In this document: piece after piece, positions 40,401-53,904 of the stretch
How the letters are laid out: each line of letters starts with the position of its first letter
Numbering within the stretch: position 1 is the stretch's first letter
Origin: Octopus vulgaris
Taxonomy: Eukaryota
Length of the DNA: 64,000 nucleotides
NCBI GenBank assembly: GCA_951406725.2
Contig: OX597815.1
Span: 201,066,001 to 201,130,000, forward strand
Direction of reading: 5' to 3'
The notes under the pieces: generated by a model
What the model was told of the DNA's origin: nothing
Seen by the model: the letters and a program-made list of their open reading frames with translations, nothing else
The model's database searches: none
Program-made: the position numbers and the translations under genes

Positions 40401-43167
40401 ATAATGGCACTATACTGTGCATAATGATAGAGGATATTCTCTTTTTATTTTAATAACAGTAATAATAACAAGTATTAATTCTTTCATTATTAATATTTAT
40501 TATAATGGTTTCTTGTAATTTATAAGTATCGATATAATAATCATTATGACTGTTATTATGCGTCGTTATTTTAAAGCGATTTCAACTTCATAATTGACAG
40601 AATTTTTTTTGCGTGGGAATGACTTGGGAGAATTATTTTTTAAAAAAGTGCATTCTGAGAGCTAGTTTTGTAATATTTTCATATAAAATAATTAGGAGAA
40701 TTTTTGAAGGAGTGAATATTGATTTTTGATTATGAAAGTATATGAAAGATTAAATTATAAATAAACATTAAAAGATCTTCGTTCTTCTTGAAAGTGTACT
40801 GAAATAACAAGAAATCGCAATTAGTCAATGGTTCTCTATATAGATGTGCTTTTTTCGATTATTTATCGGAAATGTATTAGAACGAAAAATACGATTAGAG
40901 TAAAATAAATGTTTCATTTCTGTATGAAGATCATCGTTGGAAAGCAGCAGAAAACAAATTATATTTTCAGAAATTCCACTGTTAAAATTGCATAAGATAA
41001 AATTCACATAATTTACTTTTGCAGTCCTCTAGGGTCAATGAAATAAATACTATCGAAATATTTGAATTAAAAAATGTAATTTGCACATTTTCCACATAAC
41101 AATTACTATGTTTATATGATTTGTGATTCTCCTCAATATATATCCACGAGGGTTCTAGAGATGAAAACCGAACAGTTGTCAAGCATATTAAATTTATTTC
41201 ATAGTATCAGCAGAAATTATATTCCTATATAAGTTATGGCTCTACTTGAAACGTGAAACGTGCTTGTGATTAAAAGAAATGAACTTGTATGACTTTTATG
41301 AATTATATTAACTTACTTTCACCAGAGATGCATTAGCATTGGGCGGATTTCTCTTCACATTTAGATAGCCATCATCTACGTAGCCATCATCCACACGACG
41401 TCTATCTGTTTCCCTGGTATCTAGTTTGTGACTGTGTTCCGTGTATTTGTACATTTCTCTAGTTACATCTCATTATATTCAGGAAAGTCGCCGGCACTTT
41501 CAATAATTAAAACTATATATATTTATGATTATATGAAATGTAATCTAAAAACAAATAAAAAAAGCAAACAGAAACAAAACTGTTTTCTGTTTCGCACCGT
41601 GTTCTGCATCACAGAATTCAATGAGTCATTACATGAATCAATATTATACAAATTAATGCAAATTAACTATCTTCAATGTCATACTTTTGCTATTGCAACA
41701 TAATTTACATGGACATCACAAATAAAAATGAACTGTTTTGCATATTTTACACTTTCTAGAAATAACATTTAATTATCTAGTGACAATCATGATACATAAG
41801 GTTTATTCTCTCTTTGCAATAACTTCATAAGCACATAGGAATAAACACACGCGCATGCACGTGTGGCTGTGTTTGTGTGCATATATACATATATCTGAAT
41901 ATGAATCAACGAGCCATTATTCTTGCTTGTGCGTCTGGGAAAATACACGCTTTAGTACATATTCAAATAACTACAGTTCTACATTCATTTCATTTTTTTA
42001 GAATTTATACCATCAATCTATTCACACACGTACATACCTTTGCTATAAACTCGCATATATTTGAATAAAATAATCCACATTGTTTTTACCAACCGATGTG
42101 CTTCACCAATATATTTGTTATTACTTCAGATATTTAGTCACTCTCATTCGTCTCATCACACATACGCTTTCATATCATTCCGCTGTCAATTACACTCACT
42201 TTCAATTACCACATGCGCTCACTAATCAAAGACACTATATTTCCGCACAAGCACGCTGTTATGCCAATACATACACCTCAAATAACACACACCGCTCGCC
42301 TATATGTTGGCTTCGAGAATCACTTAAAAATCACAGCTACATCTGTTCATTTATCACATTCACCGGAGCTTGGCTTTTCCAACAACTCCCTTAATTTTTA
42401 TCTTTTTTTTTTTTGTCTGAGAACTTAATTTTTCCCTACATGTACGCTTCTCTCTTTCATTCTGACGAAAGTCTTCCATCCGAATCTCGATCACGCATTC
42501 TCTCTCCATTGAAGCATTAAGCTTATAGTCTATTTGTCAAACAGAACACCAATTGTTTTTCTTTTTTGCTTTTCATTGTACATGCGTTCGGTAGACTCCA
42601 ATTTAGAGAATTGGTTCTCCGTTGTTTTGGTACTCTTTGGTAACTATGAGTTGATAGCAGATTATTTTCATGTTCTTATTTGTATTAGAAAGCAGGTTTT
42701 GACCTAATAGTCATATCATGAAGGTGTTTCGCTCCAGCTGATTGCTGTTGATTCTCAAGCAGCTTTTATGTCCTTAATGTTGTTGACACCGCCGAACTAA
42801 ATAGGAATGCCCTGGTGTCGAAAATATACTAATATCTGTTTGGCAGCTGATGATGGGAATATGTATTTATTATACTTGTTTGTGAATTCCTTATTCTGAG
42901 TTGTCCTCCATTTCAGTAAAGTGGAAACGTGTTTGTGGTGATTAGTTATGTTGATATTGGTTGTTTTACTTCACACACACACATATGCAATTAGGAGGCA
43001 AGACATCAGATACTAAAATAGCAGTCGTGGCTGTGTGATAAGAAGCTTGCTTCCCATCCACATGGTTCTGGGTTCATTCCCACTTGGCAAGTGTATTCTA
43101 ATATAACCTCGGGGTGACCAAATCCTTGTGAGTGGATTTGACAGAGAAGCCCGTTGTATATGTATAT

Positions 43168-44174
43168 AAAGTTAATCCAAACAAGAAAACAAAAAGACAA
43201 CAACGCGAGGATGTGGAACAAATAAAGTATTATTGGGCGCTCAGGAAAGAAGGGAAGAAGGAGGGTATGACGTTTCGAGCGGAGCTCTTCGTCAGAAACA
43301 TAGGAGAAAGAAAGATCCCGAGGTGGGAGGATAGAGGGGAAAAAATCCAAGTGGTCTTCACGAGGTCACATACTGAAAAGGCAGAAGTGGTAAAAAAGAA
43401 GGAGCAGGTTTTCAAAAACAGGAGAGCGGAACCAAAGAAGGAATGGTAAACAACGGTGTGCGAGATGACAAGGGGGTGTGTGTGCGTGTGTGTGTATGTG
43501 TGTATATGGTGGGCAAAGGCTAGTGGCAAGTAGCAGTAGCGAGTCAGGAAGGCAGGTCAGAAACAGGGAGGAATGTGTGTGTGCGTGTATATGTCTCGTG
43601 TGTGTGTTTTGTTGTAGTATGTGTGTGTGTACGTGTGCGTTTTTTTGTGTGTATGGCGAGTAACTGTGCTTAACTAAGTGTATGTGTGGGTGTGTGTGGG
43701 TGCTTGTATGTGGGTATATGTATAATTGTGTGCATGTATGTATGTGTGCGTGCGTATGTGTGCGCATGTTTTGGTGCGCGTATGTATGTGTGTGTCTGTG
43801 CTTATATATGTGTACGTATGTGTATGTGCGCGTGCGCGTGGGGGTATATGTTGTGTGTATGTATATGTGTCGGTCTGTATGTGAATTCGTGTGTGTTTGT
43901 ACGGGTGTAAGTGTGTTTGCGTGTATTGTATATATATATGTAAATGTATGTGTGTAAGTGCGTGGGAGTGAATGTATGTATGTATGTGTATGTGTGTACA
44001 AAATGTAGGGGTATTATATGTGTGTTTATATGTTTATATGTGTGTATATATATGCATGCAAGGACACACTTCGCAACTGAAAGAATGATGGAAAATACTC
44101 CTGCGGTGACAGGCGCAAGAGAAACCCCAGGCACAACGCGCCGGCCCAGATACGAACCCGAGATAAAGCCAGAC
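43168..44174 (-). mobile_element. Family B HHR element, ~1 kb, nested in the SINE's TA tract
   Basis: 43168-43360 is homologous to 6769-6975; interior is (CA)-rich on the element strand; boundaries are set by the interrupted SINE. Confidence 0.8.
43265..43299 (-). ncRNA. Minimal type-I hammerhead ribozyme motif
   Basis: guuu-CUGACGA-a-gag cuccg cuc-GAAA-cg-UC-auac; GUC triplet, one mismatch in helix I. Confidence 0.72.
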
Positions 44175-44446
44175 ATATATATATATATATATATAATGTA
44201 TGTATGAGCTTGTGTGTCTATGTTTGTACCCCCCATCAGTTGACAACCTATGTTGGTGTGTTTACGTCCCTGTAAATTTGTGGTTCGGAAAAAGATAGAG
44301 ACAAAATAGATATTAGACTTAGGCTTACTAAGAATAAGTCCGGGGGTGGGGGTCGCGATGCCCGCAATCAAATTACTGAATCAAGTAAAAGAATAAAAGC
44401 TATATATATATATATATATATATACTGAGAGAGAGAGAGAGAGAGG

Positions 44447-44586
<140 letters not shown>

Positions 44587-46698
44587 ACCGAAGCTGTGTC
44601 CTGATCTTGCTCATTTGTTTAGTCCAATTTTCTAGTCATTGTCGATTCAACTTAAACAATACCAATAATATTTTTATTTTTAAATAAACAACTCAATTCA
44701 TATGTATTTGTGTATGCATGTGACTGCGGGTGTTTATGTAATCTATATTAAACTGACAATGTAATGCAAACATTCAACCTATCAGCACAAATGCCTCGAC
44801 GAAATAGACCTGTCGGTGTTTTAAATTTAGAAAAAATCTTAACTGAAAGACACGTATTAAAATTCGTCGATCACGTCTGGGTTTTAAGAGTGCATATTTA
44901 ACGATGCTAAACAAAGATACTGAATAGCCAACCTTTGAGATAGTCAATTCAGTCTAATGAAATTGTGATGGAAGTAACCCACATCAGTATAAAATGTAAA
45001 TGGGATGGTGACAATGTTATTCAATTAATTAGATAAGTGTACTATAGTACAATTATAGTTTATAAGACTTGAAAAATAGTCTTAAATAATATTGACTAAA
45101 GAAAAAATAAAGTCACTGACTTTATAAATAGTGCTTGTTATCTCGTAGATAATAAAGTTCTTTCTATGTTTTCTATTTATTTGAGAAGATATGTTGCTGA
45201 GGCAAATGATGTTATGTGCGTATTCACATCTAATGAAAGAACTACACGTATTCAAGTTTTCATCAAAGACAAGTATCATTTCCCCTGAATGTTCAGTTTA
45301 AGTTGAAATAGGATAAATACACACCTGATGTCAATTGTTGCAGAATATTGCATTCGCGTATTGACGTCACTCACAAAGTTGTTGTATTTATTGGTCTACT
45401 TTGCTATGTTGCTCTTTCCTATTGCATTTCGGTATAATTGTATCTAATTATTAATTGAAGCATCTGCGAAGTAGAAGTCATATAAGGGACCTTTGTCAAG
45501 AACGGGTACATTTAGGAGTATATAGTGGTCACATGACAAATTACATTAACTTCCTTTAGCTTTGTTAGGGATAGCCTCAAACCAATAGATTACATCAGTA
45601 ATGACATATACGTGCCTCCGGGATAATATATCTAGGATGTGCTTATTAATCTTTCTAGAATCAGTCTTAGTGGGATTGATTAATCTGATTGTGGGTTTAT
45701 GTTAAAAGTTAACCATGTGAACATTAGCAGTAAAACATGGTTCAATGGACGCGCGTGCTCCGATACGGTCATTACCATGTAAATTAAAGGTAATAACGTA
45801 TCCCTGGTTCTCCGTTTCATTTAATGTAGACCTCTTAGATAACTTATCGTTGCTTGTAATAGCATTGAAGATTACTCGGCAGTGTATATTTATATCCATT
45901 CAGGAAAGTGCTCAAATTTATCTGATTTCAAATGTATCCGGTTAAATGCTCTGATTTAACAGATTCCAACACCGAGCATTTGCTGACGCTTGCTTTGATA
46001 TATACGAATGTCATTTTCGTAATAAGTTAATATATGTTATCTTCGAAAGAGCTTAACCTCTACATAGCCACTACTTCTACAACGGACCCAATGCAAGCGA
46101 ATTTACTTTACACACACACAAACACGCACGCACACACACACACTTACACACATGCGCAAACACACACTCACATGTATACAAGTATATATATATATATGTG
46201 TATATATACATACATTCCCGCTTACGTATACGCATAAATATGCGTATATAATTTTATATGTATACATGCATATATATATACGTGTGGGCGTGTGTATCTG
46301 TGTAGTAGTACATTTCATGTAAGTTTAACAACTAGCCATATATGTATCTTTTATAACATTGGTCAACAAAGAATTTGTCTAAAAAAACTACCTGTATTTT
46401 ATATGTTTTTGCATTCAGAGTTCAAAATAATACCAAATTATCTGTATCACCTACAGCTTATCTGTTCCACGATAGCCCTCTCAGTTCCTGTTACGTTAAG
46501 CTGTTGAAATGTGAAGCTAACGGTTTAAGAAACACCCCCAATTTAAATGTTTATGAGTAGAATTAACCTGATGAAATCATAAATCTAGCAATCTGAGTCA
46601 ATGAGCCACCGAAACTTGGCAACAATGAGCCGATGAGTCACTGAAGGTTTATCAATGTAGGTTGTGTACTAAGTTCACACATTCCATTTACTTTCATA

Positions 46699-47162
46699 AT
46701 GCCAAGGAACTGTATAAACATCGCAAACAACCTTTGCTATGTGTGTGGTGACTTGAGATTCAAGTCACAAAGAGCATTTTTCAATCCATTGAATAAAAAT
46801 ATGAGCGCTTGATAAAAGCTTGGCAAATCAAGTGGTTTGTGTAACTTATGTCAGTCTGCTTTGGCCCCGTCTTATGCCTTTTTCTATCCCTATGATTTGG
46901 AGAGAGCCTAAATATAACACTTCAGATTTCAACTTGGTGAATATACAAGGTATAACATAAGAATCCAAGCATACGGTAAAATATCCTACTTTATAATCTG
47001 CTGTGTACCTGATCGTCCAATCAAAAGACACTTAGTGATGACGAGTCAAGTAATGAAGATATGGAGAAAGAAACAGAATACATGGAGTTCGAGCCTAACT
47101 GTGGATCATATTTGTTGCGTTTTAGGGATCTGCATGATCTTGAGCGGGATTTAAACTTATCT
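46699..47162 (+). mobile_element. Decayed DNA transposase N-terminus, probably CMC-Chapaev-3
   Basis: MPRNCINIANNLCYVCG, DKSW..VVC, MPFSIPMIWREP, KHTVKYPTL, DLHDLERDLNLS in the expected order; the family name is from recall. Confidence 0.7.
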
Positions 47163-48007
47163 GTAATCTATATATTGTGATCCAGCTTTTCTCTTGTGAT
47201 TTCAATGATTTCCTCAATGTCAAGTTATCATGGATAAGAGTTTTTTAAAAATATCTTTATAACTGATTGTTTCGTAGATATTGAACATTTTCCAATATGT
47301 ATTGTAAAGTAAAGCATAGCCTCAGTCTTTTAAAGTACACTAATGGTCGCAATAATGCAGTAATAAATGACATACTGATATTTAAAAGTGCACAAACGTA
47401 TCTACTCACAAGAAATTGCACCATTCTTTTGATACGTAAATTACATTGTTAGATAAGAAATAGACGTTGAATGAAAATTCAGCTTCAGTATTTAAATTGA
47501 AACGTATCTCTTCAGTTGAAATATTGCTACACTTGTATATAATTGTAATTTGTATTGAGAGTTGCTTTAAATCAATAACACAACCAGACACAAGACCTCA
47601 TATATTTAGACAGATGTGAATTGTCAAGAAATGATTGTGTACACACTAGAAAGGAAATAGTTCGAAATGGTCTCCACTATTAAATGAATTTGGGTAAATT
47701 AATTTCTTATGTAGGTACAAGGTCACATATTTAAGATGAACACCTATCCCGACACAGTTACTAGAATAGCCTTCATTGTGGAGTCATAAACAGTAAACAC
47801 GTTTTACTCGCCACTATATCTGACAGTCTGCGCTCAGTTTCCTCTTCAGAATTAAAACTTAAACAAATCGTTGGCGCATATGTTTTTAATAAATGCTAGC
47901 TACGTTATCAAATACAAAGACCCATTCTTTTCTCTTTTTTTTTGTCACATTACAACGAAGAGGAAAAGAACATGATGTTTGCAACAGATGAAGATGATAA
48001 CTGGATG

Positions 48008-48058
<51 letters not shown>

Positions 48059-49420
48059 ACACTTCTCGTTTGTCATTCAATTGACGTTCTAATTACAATA
48101 TCGAGCTCGGTTTTCGTCCAACAAAAGCCAACTATCCACTCTATTTTGGATACGCGATGTCGAAAGAATGCAAGCACTATCACCTTGCTGCTCGCTCATC
48201 GTTCCTTTTCTGACTGGTTGTTTTGGAGGACTAAGTTTTTTGCAAGTTTACCAGAAACAACACCGCCATACACTCCAACCGACGTTTGAACTTCGTATTT
48301 AATCAAAAGGGGAATGTGTGAGTACGTTACGAAAATGCTGGTCTTACTTGTGGATATTATATCTAGATTTATTAGCATAACATCATTGAGCAGGTATACC
48401 TTCTTCGATTACATTCCCAAACTCGGTGCATTGAAACATCACACATTTTAATTGTTACATGATGGTTTAAGAAAATCTAAGTTATCTATCCTGTATTAAG
48501 TACTGACAACGGGACATGAGAATCATCGAAAACATTTATCAAGTGTTTTGGAGTAGAGCTTTTGAATTTTTATAACATGTACCACATCATGTGGGAGATT
48601 TATCAGGAGCTTTGAATATACTCATTTCGTCGTTTTTAATAGCAGTGTGACTGCTGTTGTCTTCAGAGAAATTAATTTACTTTCACGCGTTATTCTTCTT
48701 TTTTTTTTTTGTCTGAGAGTTCGAAATCTGCGTAACAATGAAATTGCGAAACCTTTATGAATCATTTTGCTCTAGTGACGTTGTTTTTTTTTTTTTGCAT
48801 TATTTTTTTCTGGCTCTTGCTAATTATAGCAGTAGGGATTTTTTTTTCTTGTTCATCTTGCAACAATTCCAATGTCTTGCTTTTGATCTCCTGTTTCTGT
48901 CTTTATTGTAGCTGTCGTTGTTCCTCTAATTCTAGTTACGGTAAATATCAGCCGAGCCGAAATAGTCGCAGCTGGCGCCGCATCTGTTTCGGTGGTTATC
49001 TTAACGGTTGTTACTACTGTTGTAGCTTTGTTGTTTCACAGACTTGTTAATTGATATCGATCCCACAAACAATTCGGTGTGACGTCGTGACACCAAACGC
49101 TTGATTTAGGAGTGAGGATCCTAAGGTCATTCGTTAACACACCACGACATGTTTATCGATATCTTTATTTTTGCCAATCTTCTGTGTTATGCTCTCCGTT
49201 TGCAGTTAGAGAATTGTCATCACTGTTATACCTTAGTTTATCGGGATTTTCTACATGCCTCTTTATGATTGTATGAAAGTTATTTGGAGTAGGAGAGAAG
49301 TTGGCCGTGTATTCGTGTATATGTTTTTGTTGTTGTCTACATAGCTTTTTCCTGAAATACAATGCAGTGGTTATTGCTGTTATGAATTGATTCATTACTA
49401 AGTTTCATTTATTGAAAGTA

Positions 49421-49740
49421 ATTCTGGTGTGCCTTTAAGGTTTTAAACAATAAAAGGTTTTGAATGGTACAACAATGCACTATGATACAGAAAGTGTGTT
49501 ATATACATGTTGCACTTTAGTCATCCATACTTTGGAATAAAATTCCTTCTTCAGATATTCTTAGATGAAGTCACTGCGACTCCATATAAGAATATCTGAA
49601 GAAGGAATTTTATTCCGAAATATCATCAGACTATGGATGACTAAATTACAACAGGTAGACAGCCCATTTTCTATATCATAGTGCATTGTTGTACCATTCA
49701 AACCCTTTTATTCTTTAAAAACTTAAAGGCTCATTCAGAA
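49421..49740. mobile_element. Inverted repeat (~150 bp arms) with an HHR core in the right arm (family E)
   Basis: TTTGAATGGTACAACAATGCACTATGATA and GGAATAAAATTCCTTCTTCAGATATTCTTA are mirrored; centre ~49575. Confidence 0.85.
49593..49630 (+). ncRNA. Hammerhead-like core
   Basis: CUGAAGA-a-ggaau uuu auucc-GAAA-uauca-UC; 5-bp helix II, weak helix I. Confidence 0.55.
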
Positions 49741-50115
49741 CCTTTTATTCTTTACAAAAAATACACAATGATTCAAGCGAACTACGATACTCTCCTTTTA
49801 AGTTTTTGTTCACATCTGCAGCGAAAGTATTTTCTCGTAAACTACTCCTCTGTTGGTTTAGCATCTGACCTTTCTTTTCTATAAAACCAAACGCAGTAGC
49901 TGGCACTCCACATTGAAGAGGAATTTCACCAAACGCTTCAAATTCTTCAAATACCTGGAGGAATTCCATAGACATATAATGTGTGCATACGATATGTCTT
50001 ATTTTTAGCTGAGTAGTTATGAAATGCTTAATAATATAAATATTATTTCCAATTGCACAATGTGAATGTTAATGAATGAAGACTTATATTTCATGTCGAG
50101 TATATGACAGAGATA

Positions 50116-50498
50116 GTGGAGGCGCAGTGGCCCAGTGGTTAGGGCAGCGGACTCGTGGTCGTAGGATCGCGGTTTCGATTCCCAGACCGGGCATTGTGAG
50201 TATTTATTGATCGAAAATACCTAAAGCTCCATGAGGCTCCGGCAGGGATGTTGGTGATCCCTGCTGTACTCTTTCACCACAACTTTCTCTCACTCTTACT
50301 TCCTGTTTCTGTTGTACCTATATTTCAAAGGGCCGGCCTTGTCACTTTCTGTGTCACGCTGAATATCCCCGAGAACTACGTTAAGGGTATACGTGTCTGT
50401 GGAGTGCTCAGCCACTTACACGTTAATTTCACGAGCAGGCTGTTCCGTAGATCGGATCAACCGGAACCCTCGTCGTCGTAACCGACGGAGTGCTTCCA
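50116..50498 (+). mobile_element. tRNA-headed SINE family 3, full length with 14-bp TSD
   Basis: A box TGGCCCAGTGG, B box GGTTTCGATTCC; ATATGACAGAGATA at 50102-50115 and 50499-50512. Confidence 0.93.
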
Positions 50499-50657
50499 AT
50501 ATGACAGAGATATCAAAACAGAATGCTATGTGAGAATTTTAACCATTGCATTGAGAATCAATTCCAGGCACTTGTTTCTGAATATTTTCAACGTCATCTT
50601 ATTTTATATTAATTTTTATATGTGTTGATGTGTGAAAAAATAGAATTTTGTTCACAT

Positions 50658-50949
50658 ACTCTTTGCTCTTTTACTCTTCTACTTATAAGAATTTAGTAGT
50701 TTTCACTCATTTATTCCAATTCATTTTCTCTTTATCCCTTTTACTTGTTTCAGTCATTTTGACTGCGGCCATGCTGGAGCACCGCCTTTAGTAGAGAAAA
50801 TCGATAGCGGGACTTATTCTTTGTAAGCCCAGTACTTATTCTATCGGTCTCTTTTGCCGAACTGCTAAGTGACGGGGACGTAAACACACCAGCATCGGTT
50901 GTCAAGCAATGCTAGGGGGACAAACACAGACACAGAAACACACACACAC

Positions 50950-51018
<69 letters not shown>

Positions 51019-51191
51019 TACATATATACGACAGGCTTCTTTCAGTTTCCGTCTACCAAATCCACTCACAAGGCATTGGTTGGCCCGGGGCTATAGCAGA
51101 AGACACTTGCCCAAGATGCCACGCAGTGGGACTGAACCCGGAACCATGTGGTTGGTTAGCAAGCTACTTACCACACAGTCACTCCTGCGCC
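50658..51191 (-). mobile_element. SINE family 1 with 43 nt of extra 3' sequence and a second tail
   Basis: SINE 50727-51191; 50684-50726 is identical to 19753-19795; tail-like ACTCTTT repeats at 50658-50683. Confidence 0.92.
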
Positions 51192-51779
51192 TATACACAT
51201 ATTGTGAATTGTGACGAAATGTTATCAATATTTGCTTTTAGTAGAGCATTGGTGACACTGTCTTTCACTAATTGGTATTAAAATAGATTTGCCTTTATGA
51301 ATATTAACAGCTATCATAAAGAAAAGATTGTTCCTTCTCAAATCTCTTGCTATTCTTCATGAAATATAACAGCAGACTTCTTTTCACTGATTTCATTACG
51401 TCATAAAAGTTATTCAGAGAATGATAATACGGTATTCATATTTGTGAACAGCACTACATTTCCAATTTTCAACTGATTATGATTTTTTGGAAAATATTGC
51501 AAAAATCGGCATTTTTTCAATTTTACATAATAACGACAGACGTCCGGTCAAAAAATAAAGTTGCAGAGCATATTTGGATAAAGACAAACTCCAGTTTGAT
51601 TATTTTTACATTCCTATTAGCTTTAACTAAGAATATCCATTCATTCATTCATCCATTCATCCATCCATACATACATCCATCCATCCATCCATCTATCCAT
51701 ACATACATACATACATACATTCATACATACATACATATATACATATATACATACATACATACATACATACATACATACA

Positions 51780-51811
<32 letters not shown>

Positions 51812-53105
51812 GTTAGACTATTTATGATGATGAGATGCAATACTCACCGCTAACTTTTCCATATATTATAAATGAAGTGACAGGTACTTATTCAAACCTT
51901 CATACCTTGTATTTATTACGAAAACAAACATTCGGTTTCTGTCAGCAAAACTATATTTCACTACGTAAGAAATAACAATAAATTGATGCAAAAAGTCTCT
52001 TACAAAATACCACACAAAGAACGAGGGTATTAAGAATAAAAAGGTAGTCCTAATATCGGAGTTATCAAAAGAAATATACCAAAAATGAGATTAAAATAGA
52101 ACTATATCATGAAAATAAACATACGGAATCAGCTGCTAATAGTTTCATGCTTCTGTAATGCTATAAATTGACATATTTATAAAATACTCAATTTTGTCAG
52201 TGAACGGAGTACTTTTCTGACGATTCTTCTTATGTCGGATGTATAAACTACATATATATGTATATAGACAGAGATATAGAGTGAAACATATATGTATCAA
52301 CAGACACAAGCCCAGAGAAGTAAAGCCATGTATATCAATTCAAAATAACAGTGGACGTAATCCTAACGACAATACAGTAGTAGACAAATTATAATGGTAC
52401 CACTTACAGAAAATCAACTACTAAAATTTAGTCATAAACCAATTTGATCTGCAAAGTAATAACAAAACAAGAAGAAAATAAATTAAGACAGCGCACCAAT
52501 ATGTCCACAGTCCTGGGGCTAAACCTATTATCGTTTATATAAAATAGACTTGTGTGTATGTGTATGTATTCGCTTTTCACGCGAAAATTTGGGATGCATA
52601 AATAATTTGACCTCGGATACACAATAGGATCTTCAGTTAATTTTTCTCTTTTTATTAAAAGTAGTAAATGATATTGCTTTATATATATGATTCACTTCTT
52701 TGAAAATCTTTCTTAATGTCAGCTTCCGCTATTGACGTAGGAACGGCGAAGATTTTCCGTTTTCATTTGCTAGACCTCTCACTCTCTTTTAATGTTTTCA
52801 TTTCAAATTTTAACTGGCTATATACAAACAACTACGATAAATTACTGAACTAAATATTTACTAAGTTCACCAATTTAAATATTGGGTACAAGATAATTTT
52901 TAACTAGATTGTATTTATACAAATTTTGCGTTTCATGTTTATTTCATTCATTGTGTGCAATGTTCTCCCTACCCACTCTCGCTCTCACACACACTTAAAT
53001 ACACACACACAAACAATCACACACAGAGAGTCTCTCTAGTATAAGCACATACTTTTTGATTAGTTGCTATTTGGGCGCCGTGTTCATCCCTATGTATTGG
53101 TAGTC

Positions 53106-53142
<37 letters not shown>

Positions 53143-53652
53143 TTTTTCTATGTACATCTGTATACATTTACGTACGTGTGTATGATTGTGTGTGTGAGAG
53201 ATGTCTAAGTGGCATTCACTCTTTCTCTATCTCTCTCTCTCTCTGAAACACACACACAAACACATACACTATCTAAGTGGCATTCACGCTCTCACTCCCT
53301 CGCTCTCTCTCACACACACACATTTCCATTTCATCTGATGTTTAATACTGTATGTCTGTGTGTGTGTGCGTTCGTGCGGTGTTCCACAATCATGAGATAT
53401 TTCAATCTTGCGAAGATATTGATGTAACTCATTTTCTCATTTATTCCCTGTTCTATTTTTTTTAAATGTATCTGAGAACAATATTCTCACTGTCTACAAG
53501 AGGAGACGGGATAGATATAGATGATTAGTATACTACAGTGAAGCAAACCTGAATACAGGTAACCAGTGTCAATGTTGCGTTTTGCAACTCTGTTAACGCT
53601 ATTAACTATGCTTGCAAATATATAAACAAAGATTTAGATGCTTCAATGCCAC

Positions 53653-53868
53653 AATCGTTAGCAAGCCGGGCGAAATGCTTAGCGGTATTTCGTCTGTCTT
53701 TACGTTCTGAATTCTAATTGCGCCGAGGTCGACTTTACCTTTCATCCTTTCGGGGTCGATTAAATAAGTACCAATTACGCGCTGGGCTCGGTGTAATCAA
53801 ATTAATCTCTTTGTCTGTCCCTGTTTGTCCCCTCTATGTTTAGACCTCTGTGGGCAATAAAGAGATAA
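53653..53868 (+). mobile_element. SINE family 2
   Basis: ATCGTTAGCAAGCCGGGCGAAATGCTTAGCGG..CTTTCATCCTTTCGGGGTCGAT..TGTGGGCAATAAAGAGATA. Confidence 0.9.
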
Positions 53869-53904
53869 ATATACATACTTTTTCAGAATGGCAGTCAGCA
53901 GATA

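Larger units (their letters stand above)
43020..44400 (+). mobile_element. SINE family 1 split into 43020-43167 and 44175-44400 by a nested insertion
   Basis: Head through GAAGCCCGTTGTATA on the left; TGTTTGTACCCC..TTGACAACC..AAGTAAAAGAATAAAAG on the right. Confidence 0.85.

Noticed and set aside
50119-50190. tRNA-like sequence
   Set aside because: It is a SINE head: continues into a repeat body, is bounded by a TSD and lacks a proper acceptor stem.
52130-52215. Minus-strand CTGACAA..GAAActatTA in a pLTR-like context
   Set aside because: Core mutated and helices not evident; cannot be supported.
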